In this document: one piece after another, positions 41,590 through 55,124 of the stretch
How positions within the stretch are numbered: the stretch's first letter is position 1
Layout of the letters: each line of letters opens with the position of its first letter
Source: Octopus vulgaris
Taxonomy: Eukaryota
DNA: 64,000 nt
Assembly: GCA_951406725.2 (NCBI GenBank)
Contig: OX597824.1
Coordinates: 90,458,001 to 90,522,000, forward strand
Direction of reading: 5' to 3'
Position numbers and translations under genes: made by a program
Notes under the pieces: generated by a model
The model's input: only the letters and a program-made list of their open reading frames with translations
What the model was told of the DNA's origin: nothing
Databases searched by the model: none

Positions 41590-43030
41590 ATAATCATAGT
41601 AAGTAAGAATGATATGTATGGATCCCTAATTTAAGAAGCATTTTGACTAATTAACATATCCTCCTCTATTGAAAATGGAAGAACATCTTTAAATGAAAAA
41701 AATGTTGATTCTCCATTGCATGGCATCGGAATCCTTCCTCCATTACTGATGCTGACTTCTGTCAACACATAATGCATGTCATGTCGCTTTCGTTCATTCG
41801 AATAAAATTAATTTTTAAAGCAGTAATTTTTCTCTTAAAGGTGACTTGTCCTTCACAAACTTCACAAAAATGGATTAAAACTATAACAAAGGGCAACTTG
41901 CCCCTTGGACAAAAATGTCACATAAATGAAACTGGCTATTAGAAACCAACGACAAATTGAAGCGTTTACGTACCACGTGGCAGCTTTGGCCTGTTGGCAA
42001 AACCGCGGCTTACAAAACAAGATTGGATTGAAAGTATAATAGTGAGCATCAAAACCCCTTATTCGTATTTTTGGAATTAACAAAGTTTTATATGATGATC
42101 AAATATGTAAATACTTAACGCTGGATATTCAAATTCTCGTACTGCCTCTAAACGACACATACGCCATGACATTTTTAATCTATCAATACGTCTACACCAA
42201 AGAGCAGAGGTATTAGTACATGACGCCACATTATCCAGACGGCTGCAGTGTGTATTCTGTTCTGTATCGGAGTCTGACTGTTCGTCACCAGAGGACACAA
42301 TCAACATGGTATCATCCTCGTCATCACTGAACTCGTCAATGGGCAGTGATGCTGGTCTCTCCTCTGTCAGACTGGCAGGCAGTTGCTCGCCTTGGAACCA
42401 GATGATCGTGTATTCGTTATCGATCAGTTCCCATCCGTACTCTGGAATGTGTTGACTAGCGGAAGACGAATATCCGGCGTTTTCGTACTCTGATGATCTA
42501 AATGCGAACGAATATGAGTAAACAATTGGATAAAGCGTTACAAAAACGTGACAAACTCTGTCAAAACACGTTTTGGGTCCAAGACACGTTTGTATGTTGC
42601 ATTCATCACGTAGATTGAAAACAGTGTTTCTGCATGTTTCTTCTTAATTAGTGTATAGTGATTAGTAGAAAATGCTTCTTAAATGAGAAATCCATACCTA
42701 AAATGGTTCTTAAGTGACATGAATAGATTCAGTTGGGTTTAGTGAACATTTCTGCGAAGTAATTGACGCTGGAGCATAAAGTCTACCCGTTTTTTTTTCT
42801 TAAGTTTTCATTTAAATATCACTTGTGTCTAAGGAGTAATAGTCAATGTAAATCATTACTGATGCTTAAAGTCTAATTAAATTAATTATTTACACAAGTT
42901 GATTGTCTCATAATTAGTTAATCCATACCTAAGCATTCTTAAGAATCACGTTTCACGGTATTAGGACCATTTGTACACATATGGTGCCCTGCTAGTATTT
43001 TGGACCTTCAAGTCTAATTAAATCAGGACT
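41590..43030 (-). mobile_element. Putative DNA transposon remnant (Academ-like)
   Basis: Inverted match ATTTAAGAAGCATTTT (~41630) / AAAATGCTTCTTAAAT (~42669); minus-strand PEYGWELIDNEYTIIWFQGEQLP plus acidic tail at ~42445-42250 recalls the Academ C-terminal GW..W motif (from memory). Confidence 0.4.
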
Positions 43031-43329
43031 GGCTCCTGCTTTATAAAGGTAAGCAAAAATCTATTGGTCAAAATTCTCGAAATTTCAGCGTTCCTGGAGA
43101 AAATTTAGATACCGGAAATACAACAAATAAATATGGTGGAAAGCGACAAAGAAGAGAATAATTCAGGTTAAAACTATAAAATAAAGTAAGATGAGAGTAC
43201 ATCAAAGCTTATAAAAATAAAGACATAAAGAAGAGTATCATGATTTACTAAAATGTTGTTTCTAATTAGATTGGCTTCTATACCGGAAGTTAATTTCACG
43301 TCGTAACCGACGGAGTACCACGATATGTA

Positions 43330-43375
<46 letters not shown>

Positions 43376-43391
43376 CTCATATTACACATAT

Positions 43392-43550
43392 TACGGGCTT
43401 CTTTTCAGTTTCCATTTACCAAATCCAATCACAAATTTTTGGGCGACCCGAGGCTATAGTAGAAGACACTTGCCCAAGCTGCCACGCAGTGGAACTGAAC
43501 CCGGAACCATGTGGTTGGGAAGCAAGCTTCTTACCACACACCCACTACTT
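43392..43550 (-). mobile_element. SINE family A, 5' half
   Basis: Homology to 6402-6826. Confidence 0.85.
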
Positions 43551-43879
43551 CGTATATATATGTACACACACAACCCCCCTCCACACACACACACACACCA
43601 CACATACACGCATAAAGATAGACAGATAGATATTTGTGTATATGTTTAGTTGTGCATTAATGTAAGGTTTTTTGTGTGAGACCTGCTCACGTATTACGTA
43701 CATATATTAAGAGATATAGGCATACATCGATAAAATGCCTGTCTATGCGGTTTCACACGCTCTCACACAAACATCATCTTCCTTCACGCATACAAAGTTG
43801 CAAACATACATATACACATGCATGCGTACAGACGTAGGTACGTACAGACGCTTCATCAATTACGCATGCGTACGTTCAT

Positions 43880-44343
43880 GCATACATATAAGCATACATA
43901 CCTAAATTGATACATACGTTCACGTATACATACACACATACATACGTACATACATACATACATGCATACATACATACATGCATACATACATACATACATA
44001 CATTAACACATGCATACATATATATACATACATGCATACATACATGTACGCATATATACAAACATGTACATACATATACACATACATACATACAAACATC
44101 ACATACATACATACATATACACATGCATACATATATATACATACATTCATACATATACACATACAGACGTACATACATACATACATGCATGCATGCATAC
44201 ATACATACATACATACATACATACATACATTCATACATACATGTACACATACATACATACACACACATACATGCATTCATACATACTTACATCCAAACAT
44301 GCACACACATACATAATACACACATTGATACAAACATGCATAA

Positions 44344-44374
<31 letters not shown>

Positions 44375-44446
44375 CATACATACACACATACATAATACAT
44401 GCATACATACATGCATTCATACATGCATACATACGTACATACATAT

Positions 44447-44498
<52 letters not shown>

Positions 44499-45015
44499 AT
44501 ATATGCATGTACATACATATGTTCATACATACATACACACACACATATTACGTACATACGTATGGATGCTCCATCAATATCCTAGTGAGACACTCACAGA
44601 TGTCTCTCTTTTGCGCGCGCGCGCACACACATACATACACACACATGCACACATATATGTATACTCACATACACACATACATACTCACATATATACACAT
44701 ATATACACAAATGCAGATTATTCATTGCCTTCACCCACCTCGGCCTCACCAACCACTTACCCATTTAACCACCCATAAGCACACACACACACACACACAC
44801 ACAGGCATATGCAAGACACACATACGGATACACATGTAATCACGCATACTGATGCGACATCTTCGTACACACGTAAACGCGTAAGGAAAAATACACATGC
44901 ACACACACATATACACACACACACACGTTTCTTACAGCAGCTTCGAATAGCTTTATCTCGAAATCATTATCCCCACCCCCACTCACTCCACTGTCTCACT
45001 ATCTATCTGTCTGTT

Positions 45016-45080
<65 letters not shown>

Positions 45081-45085
45081 GTCTG

Positions 45086-45132
<47 letters not shown>

Positions 45133-45133
45133 G

Positions 45134-45188
<55 letters not shown>

Positions 45189-45200
45189 GTCTGTCTGTCG

Positions 45201-45272
<72 letters not shown>

Positions 45273-45318
45273 CTTTCTCCCCCCTCTATCTATCCATCTC
45301 TCTCTCTCTCTCTTCTCC

Positions 45319-45355
<37 letters not shown>
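43880..45355. repeat. (TACA)n, (TA)n, (CA)n and (TCTA)n arrays
   Basis: Direct reading. Confidence 0.92.
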
Positions 45356-45356
<1 letters not shown>

Positions 45357-46499
45357 GACAGTCTGCTTACGTCTCTCGTGTCACTCTTTCTCGTCAATCC
45401 CCTCCTCTCTCTCCCTCTTCCTTCGCCCACACTCGCAGCCACACCCTCACTCATCTGTCACCCGTTCACTCCAGATATCTCCCACCTCTCAGCCTCACCT
45501 TTCTCCATCAGCTCTCACCTCACCACTCCAACAAGTTCGATTTCCGCCATTTTGTGTGGCGTTCGTAATTAGAACTGGGAAGTTTCATCAGTTGCCAGTA
45601 TTTTTATCAATTTAGCCAAAACCGTCCGTCCCACAGAGCGCCATAATATATAGATGGAGTAGAGTGGAAATGAGTAGAGGGGGCGAAGTGGGTTGATGAC
45701 GATGGTGGTGGTGGTGGTGGTTGTGGCGGTGGTGGTAGCGGTGGTGATGCTGCGAATGTAATGGCGGACGGAGCATGAGGTAAAAAGAAAATGGTGGTGG
45801 CGTTGCGATCGATGGCGGCCGCGCGGTGACGGTGTAAAGGTATTGGAATAGATTGGGTAGCGCTAAGGGTGTGTGTGTGTGTGTGGTGTTCAAAGTGAGG
45901 CTGGGGGTCGGGGTTGGGGTTGGGGGGTCGATGGGTGGGAGCAGGCGTGGTGGTGGTGGTGGCGGCGCCGTCGCATGTTGTTTCCGAGTTCTTTTTCTTC
46001 TCTCTTTTATTTTAAACGATCTTCGACTTATCACCTTTCTTGTCTCTTTCTTGTGCAGCAATTACGGAACCTCATCAGCTCGGCTTTTCCTTCTCTGTGG
46101 AATCATCTCATCCCTCCACCCACCCACCCATCCTTTCCATCTCCTCCTATCTCATCCACGACCACCTCTCCCCCCCCTCCACCGCCTCCGCCGCCCCCGC
46201 CGCCCCCGCCTTCTTTTCCTCGTCTTTATTCTCGTCATTGCCACAGCCCCGACGCCGCTTCCACGACATATTTTATCGCCTCTTCCTCCTCCCTCGCCTC
46301 CTCTCCCTCCTCATCATCCATCACTTTTATTTATTCATTCATTCATTCATTTATTGTTTTTTTTTTTGTTGTTGTTGTTGATGTTGTTGTTGCCCCCCCT
46401 CCATCACCCTACACCTTCCCCCACCTCATCACACAACCGAACGCCACGGTCTGTGCAAATTAGCTCGAAACTCACTCGTAGCAATCAACTGCTCATCAG

Positions 46500-46642
46500 C
46501 ACCGACCGCATCATCATAGCCATCATCAGTATCATCATCATCATCATCATCACCATCGACACTATCACCTCCACTATTATGATGATCGTAATCATGAGGC
46601 TCATCATCATCATCATCATCATTGTTGTTATCATGGTGGCGG

Positions 46643-46681
<39 letters not shown>

Positions 46682-46944
46682 CGATGATACTGATGATGAT
46701 AATGATGACGATGATGATGACGATGATGATGATGTTGACGATGGTGATGATGATGATGATGACGCTGATCGGCACCGTCGTCGTTGTTGCCAATTCACCA
46801 AATCAGCGGTTTTTCGTCACACATGTCAATCCAGGCAACCGCCATCATCACCAAAAGCAGAAAATCATAGCTATCATTGTCATCATCATCATCATCGTCA
46901 TCATCATCATCATCATCGTCATCATCATCATCATCGTCATCATC

Positions 46945-47022
<78 letters not shown>

Positions 47023-47062
47023 GTCATCATCATCATCATCACCATCATCCTCATCATCATCC

Positions 47063-47096
<34 letters not shown>

Positions 47097-47220
47097 TATA
47101 ATAATCATCATCATTATCATAATCATCATCATCATAATCATAAACATTATCATCATCATCATCATCACCATGATGATGATGCTGATGCTGATGATGATGA
47201 TGATCATCATCATCATCAAA
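46500..47220. repeat. Alternating (CAT)n and (GAT)n blocks
   Basis: Direct reading; complementary triplet blocks alternate. Confidence 0.93.
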
Positions 47221-47321
47221 GTCATCGGATACCAAAACTGATAACATCACCAGTATAACCATCACGATGTAATGGAAGTAGTGGCACTCATGACTTAACC
47301 TAAGCTTGTTTATGTTATATA

Positions 47322-47360
<39 letters not shown>

Positions 47361-47364
47361 GTAT

Positions 47365-47395
<31 letters not shown>

Positions 47396-47417
47396 CATAA
47401 ACGCACGCACACACACA

Positions 47418-47454
<37 letters not shown>

Positions 47455-47820
47455 GGTCATTCCAAGTATAGAGTTTATACACAGTGTTATTGAATCAAGT
47501 GTTTTACTTAAAGTGACCTAAAAATAGGGAGTGTATTTGTAGGGTCAAATCGAAAGCAGGAAGAGAGGAATAAAGAAAGAGAAAAAGAAGAGAAAAAGAG
47601 AGAAAAGTGAAAATAAGGAGAAGAAAGTAAGAAGAAAAATACTATTGGATTTTGCTCATAAGGTATTGGAATCTTATATGTATACCATTCTGCCTAAATA
47701 ATGGATCTACAAATACAACATCCCTACACATCTCACATCTGTTTCTTTTTCTTTCCTCCACCTCAGTCTCTATTTTATATCTTATCTAAATTAACTATTG
47801 CTTAACCATCCTCTCACACC

Positions 47821-47868
47821 GTCTCCGATGAAAGGATATAATAAATATCCTGGAAACAGCTGTAAGAC
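47821..47868 (+). ncRNA. Type-I hammerhead ribozyme motif (U4C core variant) within a ~300-bp repeat at ~47640-47940
   Basis: GTCT-CCGATGA-A-AGGATAT-AATAA-ATATCCT-G-GAAA-CAGCTG-TA-AGAC: 4-bp stem I, 7-bp stem II, perfect palindromic helix III ACAGCTGT, GUA site. Confidence 0.72.
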
Positions 47869-48057
47869 CTTCTATCTATAAATGTTCTAAAATCTACATA
47901 GTCTTGGTTTATTTTATCTCATTACGAAAAAATTTATACATATATATATATATATATATAAAATTTAAAATTTAATAAGGGTAGAAATTGATATCAATCA
48001 ATTAAAACCAGTGGCCCAGCATATTAAAAAAATCCGAAGATTAAAATATTTTTACAT

Positions 48058-48181
48058 ACAAAATTTAAAGGACTGACCACTAAAACTGGACGGTCAACAT
48101 GCTAGATATAGACGTCAAATCGCTATTTTCCACAAAATAGCATGTTGACCGTCCACTTTTAGTGGTCAGTCCTTTAAATTT

Positions 48182-48184
<3 letters not shown>
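48058..48184. repeat. 47-bp inverted repeat (1 mismatch), 33-nt spacer
   Basis: ACAAAATTTAAAGGACTGACCACTAAAACTGGACGGTCAACATGCTA and its reverse complement at 48138-48184. Confidence 0.93.
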
Positions 48185-48232
<48 letters not shown>

Positions 48233-48609
48233 CATATATGTATAATACATACATACAATTTTTATTAACAACTACAATTGTTTCGATACATCTAGCATCG
48301 ATCCCTCACGGGTGGGATACTTATTAACTGGTTCATGAATATCCCACGGTGCAGATATGTCTCTTGAAAAAAATACTAAATATAACCGTTAACGGATATG
48401 GATGTATAAACGCCCTCGCCTAGGTTGTATGGCGCATGTGCACTCGCTCATACCAACATCCACGAAGATGTAAGCATGCGCGCAGGTGTGGTTTGGTACA
48501 CATACGTTCACATAGCGAATGAAATAGCTACTTGGTATTTATAAGAATGGGGGGAGGTTAGAGCTAAATTTTATTTATCCATACCTTAAGGTAAATTATG
48601 TGTATATTT

Positions 48610-48824
48610 ATGCGCGCGTCTTTGAGTTTGTGTTTCTCCCTCCACCATAATTTTACAGCCGATGTTGGTGTGTTTGCGTCTCCGTAACTTAGCGGTTCGG
48701 CCAAAGACAACGATCGAATTAGTAGTAGGTTTACAAAAAAATAAGTCCTGGAGTCGATTTGTTCGACTAAAAAAACCCCTTAAGGCGGTGCTCTAGCATG
48801 GCCGCAGCCAAATGACTGAAACAA
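48610..48824 (+). mobile_element. SINE family A 3' half, tail interrupted by a CR1 insertion
   Basis: Ends GACTGAAACAA and resumes as GTGAAAGAAGGAAAGAATG at 49159. Confidence 0.85.
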
Positions 48825-49158
48825 CATCATAAGCGGAAAGTGTAACCTCTCGAAAGAGCTGTTCTTCACTCCTGCTCCAGAGCGTAGGCTGCGGGGTCAT
48901 TCCGAAAAGCTCTATTAACGACGATTTCATCTCAATCGAAGGAGAGGGGCTTTCTCCGTCCGGGTTGCGGATCCGTGGAATAAGCTGCCGGACGAGATAG
49001 TGAAGATGCCGACGACCGCTCGGTTCAAAGTCTCTCTTGACCAGAAATGGCCTGAACTCTTTGCATGAACACCACCCTGTACATAACTCCATGTCACCCT
49101 ACATGGCCTTGCTTTTTGCTTTTTGAGCCAAAAAATTAACTTAACTTAACTAAACTAA
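48825..49158 (+). mobile_element. 5'-truncated CR1 LINE (ORF2 end, 3' UTR, (TTAAC)n-like tail)
   Basis: RLRGHSEKL...AFSVRVADPWNKLPDEIV...FKVSLDQKW, a canonical CR1 C-terminus. Confidence 0.88.
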
Positions 49159-49766
49159 GTGAAAGAAGGAAAGAATGAAAGAAAATATATAATAGAACCA
49201 GTATTGGAATAGAAAACCAAGCAGATACCAAATTAGTCGTTAGTGACATGTGTTCATTATCAACGAAATAGCGATATACTCCAAGTATGACAAAATGTCG
49301 CGTTTTTAGTATCGATAGGAATATAACAATTATTGTCAGGAACGGAATGTGTAAAGTAAATACTAAATATTTCTATTGTCAGGAATGGAATATAATATAA
49401 AGAATCAAATAAGTATTACCATTCCCAGGAGCGAAATTTAGGAAATATCAAATAGATATTATAGTAAGTAGGAAAATATATAAAGTAAATATTGATATTG
49501 TTTGTAGTGAAAATACGTAATATATCAACTAGATATCATAATCGGAGGGAAACTTTATAAAGTATGAAGTGGATATTACAACTGGCTGAACTGGAATATA
49601 GAAAATGTCAACAAAAGAGTCTTATTGTCAGTGGTAATACACACACACATATGTACATATATATACACACACACACATACACACACACACATATATATAT
49701 ATATATCCATGACAAATCGTTAGCTCCTACACGCTTTTTTTTCTCTCCTTGTTTCTTTTCTGGGTA

Positions 49767-49804
49767 TCTTTCTGTCGAAGAGCGTAGGCTCGAAACGTAA
49801 AAGA
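49767..49804 (+). ncRNA. Minimal type-I hammerhead motif (A6U core substitution) within a repeat at ~49710-49900
   Basis: TCTTT-CTGTCGA-A-GAGC-GTAG-GCTC-GAAA-CG-TA-AAAGA: perfect stems I and II, ACGT palindrome, GUA site. Confidence 0.68.
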
Positions 49805-50112
49805 CTTGTTCTATTTCTATTCCTGAGCGCCATACTAATACATTTGTTTGTTTGTTCTCCACCTGCCTTCGTCTTTTGTTTATTTTCGTAAACCTTCCCG
49901 TTATATATATATATAAATATATATACGGTGTATGCGGCAGAAAATACGAGAATTTTTATCAATAACTACAATTGCTTCGACACATCTAGCATCGATACCT
50001 CACGGCTGGTGACGACGTGTGTGTATGTGCATGTGTAGCTGTGTGGATGATGGTGTGGATGCTGGGAAGTGGTGAGTGCTAGCGCGTGCGTGGTGGTATG
50101 ATGTGATGTGGT

Positions 50113-50592
50113 TTCAGTACCTTTTATTAAACATTCCTAGAGATCCTACAATCACTGGTACTGTTGTCGCCTTGAGATGCCACATTTTTTCAATTTCTAT
50201 TAGCAGGTCTTTATATTTACTAATTTTGTCAAATTCTTTCGTCGCTATATTGTGATCGCAAGGGATACTCATGTCAATTAATAAACACACCTTTTTTGTC
50301 TGATCTTTTATAAAAATATCCGGTTTATTAGCTTTTATAGTTTTGTCGGTATGTACGGGGAAGTCCCATAGTATCGACACATTTTCTCCCTCAGCCACAG
50401 CTTCAGGATGGTGTTTATACTATTTGTCAGCCGTTTTGATTTTATAATACCGACATATTGTCCAGTGTAAATACTGGCCGACTCTGTCATGTCTTGCTTT
50501 ATATTCTACAGGTGCTAAGACTCTACACCCTGAGATTAGGTGGTCTATAGTTTCAATCTCATCGTTACAGAATCGGCATTTTGGGTCAGCTC

Positions 50593-50593
<1 letters not shown>
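50113..50593 (-). mobile_element. R4/Dong-clade LINE fragment, restriction-like endonuclease region
   Basis: CRFCNDEIETIDHLISGC, RHD, LWDFPVHTD, NKPDI, KISKYKDL, PVIVGSLG; 5' junction directly on (TAA)n. Confidence 0.88.
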
Positions 50594-51372
<779 letters not shown>

Positions 51373-51843
51373 ATGTAAGTATATGTGTGTGTGTGCATGT
51401 GTGTACGCGTGTGTGTATGTGTGTGTGTGTAAGTATGTATAGATATGTTTTCGTTCGTTTTCAAATAAAAGACCATCAAAATATTACATAAAGTATAAAC
51501 ACAATTTTATCATTTATCATTACTACTACTACTACTACTACTATTATTATTATTATTGTTGTTGTTGTTGTTGTTTTCGTTGTTGTTTGTGTTGTTGTTA
51601 TCAGGAAAGGTATATTAAAGAATTTCAATAGAATATCAAGATTTTCAGGAGTGAAATATCGAGTATTTCAACAGAATATAATATGGGAATGGAACTGTAA
51701 AGAATAGCAAAAAAATTGTCGGGAATGACATATTGCATGGAATATTGGTAAGAATGAGAAAAAGAAATCGATGAAATTTCACGAAAATATAAAATCATTA
51801 TCATTGTTATGAGAGACATATATACTTACATATGTGTGCGTGT

Positions 51844-51898
<55 letters not shown>

Positions 51899-51901
<3 letters not shown>

Positions 51902-52344
51902 TGACGTATTTTTGCCATTTCAATATAGCTAACCCCTAAGGGTGGATGCTACTGTAGCTTTTAGCCCCAGGAGGACACACTCCTCCAGCTGGCCATAGAC
52001 ACACTTTCTGTGTCCTGTCAGTATTTGCAAAGGGAAGTCATCCTTCCCGTCTTCAACTTATGATACACACGGACTCGAGTTTCGAGGTATTGACCTCTCG
52101 TCAGCGTGTGACAATCATAGTTGTCGGCGAGAATTAGATTTCCTTCACAAATACTTATACTTTTTCCAGCGTTCACTGTCGCTGATATTGAAAAAGTGAA
52201 ATCAAACAATGATAAATATCAAAGTGAGTTATATACAGTAGCGGTAACACATCGTGACGTATTTTTGCCATTTCAATATGGCTAACCCCTAAGGGTGGAT
52301 GCTACTGTAGTTTTTCGCCCCAGGAGGACACACTCCTCCAGCTG
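51899..52344 (-). mobile_element. Retrozyme-like non-autonomous retroelement: 353-bp monomer, about 1.26 tandem copies
   Basis: ~93-bp direct repeats starting TCGTGACGTATTTTTGCC at 51899 and 52252 (3 substitutions), no ORF, central canonical hammerhead, microsatellite flanks. Confidence 0.82.
52066..52110 (-). ncRNA. Canonical type-I hammerhead ribozyme
   Basis: CACACG-CTGACGA-GAGGT-CAAT-ACCTC-GAAA-CTCGAG-TC-CGTGTG: all core nucleotides, perfect 6-bp stem I, 5-bp stem II, palindromic helix III, GUC triplet. Confidence 0.92.
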
Positions 52345-52629
52345 TGTGTATGTACGTATGTATGAATGTATGCATGTATGTATGTCTGTATGTAAGTCAT
52401 AATATATCTTATATAAAATCCATTCTGTGTGTGTGTGTGCGTGTCTTCTCGGATCTCGAGCATCCTCCATCCGATTGCGCTCGAATTTGATATGTTGATA
52501 CCGATGGTATCAGGGCGTGTATAAGTCTTGAAAAAAATTGCAAAAATTGATTCCAAGTGAGAATGCGATCGATAAAGCCGTGAGAAATCGCTTTTCTTTG
52601 GAATAGAATAAAAGTCTATCTTTATTTCT

Positions 52630-52792
52630 TCTTTTGCTGGATTTGGTGTACTTATGTCCCCGTAACTTAGTGCTTCGAAAAAAGCGACTGATAAAATAAG
52701 TACCAGGCTTTAAAAAAGTATGTACTGGAATCGATTCTTCAAGGTGGTGCACCAGCATGGCCGCAATGAAAAAAACAGAAACAAGTAAAAGA
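52630..52792 (+). mobile_element. SINE family A, old 3' half
   Basis: GTCCCCGTAACTTAG...CCAGCATGGCCGCA...GAAACAAGTAAAAGA. Confidence 0.75.
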
Positions 52793-53368
52793 TTTACGGA
52801 GAAAGACATCGCCGGCTCTTTGGTTGCAAAGATCGTTTGGCACCAACCCAGCTTCGGATTTGATCCCACTGCTCGGCAACACGAAGCACTGCATTCCACT
52901 GCTGCTTCATAACAACCCTATCAATTAGTCCAGTCTGGTATTTATTTTATTAATCACTAGTTATCGATTATCTATGACAATATGCCATGTTTCTACGTAA
53001 AGGGTCGCAGTATGACGCGCTGATCTACACCAGTAGAGTCAAACGCACTCTCACTCATACATGCGCATATATTCTCCATGGGTCGTGTGCAGTTTGCTAA
53101 GGCAGATTTTTTGCGGCCGGATGCTTTTTCTGTCACCAAAACACAGATGATTTGTTTTACGAGACTGAAGAATATATTTAAATGGTCATGGCAAAAGTAT
53201 TATACATACATACATAAGATTTTTTCCCTCTGATAAAATGACCGTCATCATAATTGTCATTTCCAGTGAAGGGAACTTGGATCATACATACATACATACA
53301 CACACACATACATACACACATACATTCATTCATACATACATACATACATTCATACATACATACATACA

Positions 53369-53399
<31 letters not shown>

Positions 53400-54603
53400 C
53401 CATACATACATACATACATACATAAAAAAATACCTTGTTGTTGATTTGGAAATTCCAGTGAAGGAGACTTGGATCTAGGTTAGAAACCGGTTCTTTCTCT
53501 ATTGCTAGAAAATCTTGAAATAAGACTGAACAATGACATACATACATACATACATACATACATACATAAGTACACACGTACATACATACATACATACATA
53601 CATACACACAAACATACATACATAAATACATACATACATACATACATACATACATACATACATACATACATACATACATACATACATCCATACATGCACA
53701 CACCTACATACATGCATATACATACATACATATACATACATACATATACATACATACATGCACACATATATATGAGAACGCACATTATCCATGTTTAGAA
53801 TCGTCGCATCTTTTAATGTCGGCTGTTAACTCTTTGAATTGGATTGAGTTTCAATGAGCTTCATTCCAGGAAATATCATCCATTCCTCCTCTTCCTCGAC
53901 CTCCATGTCACTGCAATTAGGGCCAAATATGGTAAAAAGAACACAGAGAAAAAATTCTTTCGTTTTTCCTGCTTCTCTACGAAGACGACTTTTGCGAATG
54001 CGAGGTAGCAATCGTTTGACCTATTCGGCAGAAGCGGTCTGACACATATATAAACCTGTCAGTGAAATGCTGATTTCCTGAACAGTTTTACTTGGGTTAA
54101 TTGTGTCACTAATGGATTCAATTTGCCAAAATTCAATTCGGCCAATTTTGTTCTTTCTGTCTTTGAGAGAAAATAAACAACAGTTTCATTATGTAGCCGC
54201 AACCTTGCCAAATTCTTAGTTATCACTTTCACCTTCAGCATCTCGAAGGTGAAGCTGACAATTGTGAAAGATTAATCCTCTTCACATTGCCCAAACAACT
54301 GCAAATATCTCCTCCTCCTCCTCCTCCTCCTCCTCCTCCTCCTCCTCCTCCTCCTCCTCCTCCACAACCTCCTCCTCCTCATTAATGAACATATGTACAT
54401 GTTGAGCCAACAAGATTGTCACTGACGCGGTCGTTTGGCCGGTAAGAAATAGCAGCCAAGTCATTCTGAAATCATTCGTATACTACCGTCATAAAGAAAG
54501 AAAACACCCGAATTAAATGAATCAGTGTGTAGCATGCGTTTGAATAAACATAACCGGAGTGTTCACGGTTGGAATGGCTTTGAAGAAAGCTCTGGATTGG
54601 ATA

Positions 54604-54939
54604 TCAATATACTGGCACTCCATCAATATACTGGCACTCCAGTTTATCCGACTAGGGTCCAGTTGATCCGACGACTAGGGTTCCAGCCTGCTGGTGAAAT
54701 TAACGTGCAAGTGGCTGAGTATTCCACAGACACTTACCCTTAATGTAGTCCTCAGAGAGAGTTAGCGTGACACAGAATATGACAATCATTTGATTCACAA
54801 GTCCTTTTTTTCACAACTGAGTGGACTGGAGCAACATGAAACGAAGTGTCTTTGCTCAAAAACACAAAGCGATGCCGGGAATCGAACCCATGACCCTACG
54901 ATCGTGAGCTGAATACCCTAACCACTAAGCCACGCACCT
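54604..54939 (-). mobile_element. SINE family D (tRNA-derived, CORE/V-like domain)
   Basis: GTGGCTTAGTGGTTAGGG...GGGTTCGATTCCC head, TTGAGCAAAGACACTT...GCTCCAGTCCACTCAG body; fragments at ~57005-57085 and ~60255-60378. Confidence 0.82.
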
Positions 54940-55124
54940 TTACCTTAACAACAATATCATCAACAACAAAACAAAATCGCATAAACAATACATTGCTAGT
55001 AATCGATCCATCGATGACGTATATTCTCCTACCTCAAAGTGAAGTGGGTTTGTTTGTTTTTTTTTCGGAATTTTAGGATTTAGTGAAATCGGAACAGCTG
55101 AATTATTTAACAGTTTTTCAGAAT

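Noticed and set aside
42487-42520. TACTCTGATGA...GAGTA hammerhead-like or snoRNA-like motif
   Set aside because: No GAAA and no stem II; likely chance
45853-47241. 462-aa ORF
   Set aside because: Concatenated low-complexity tracts (poly-G, P, I, M) with no domain-like segment
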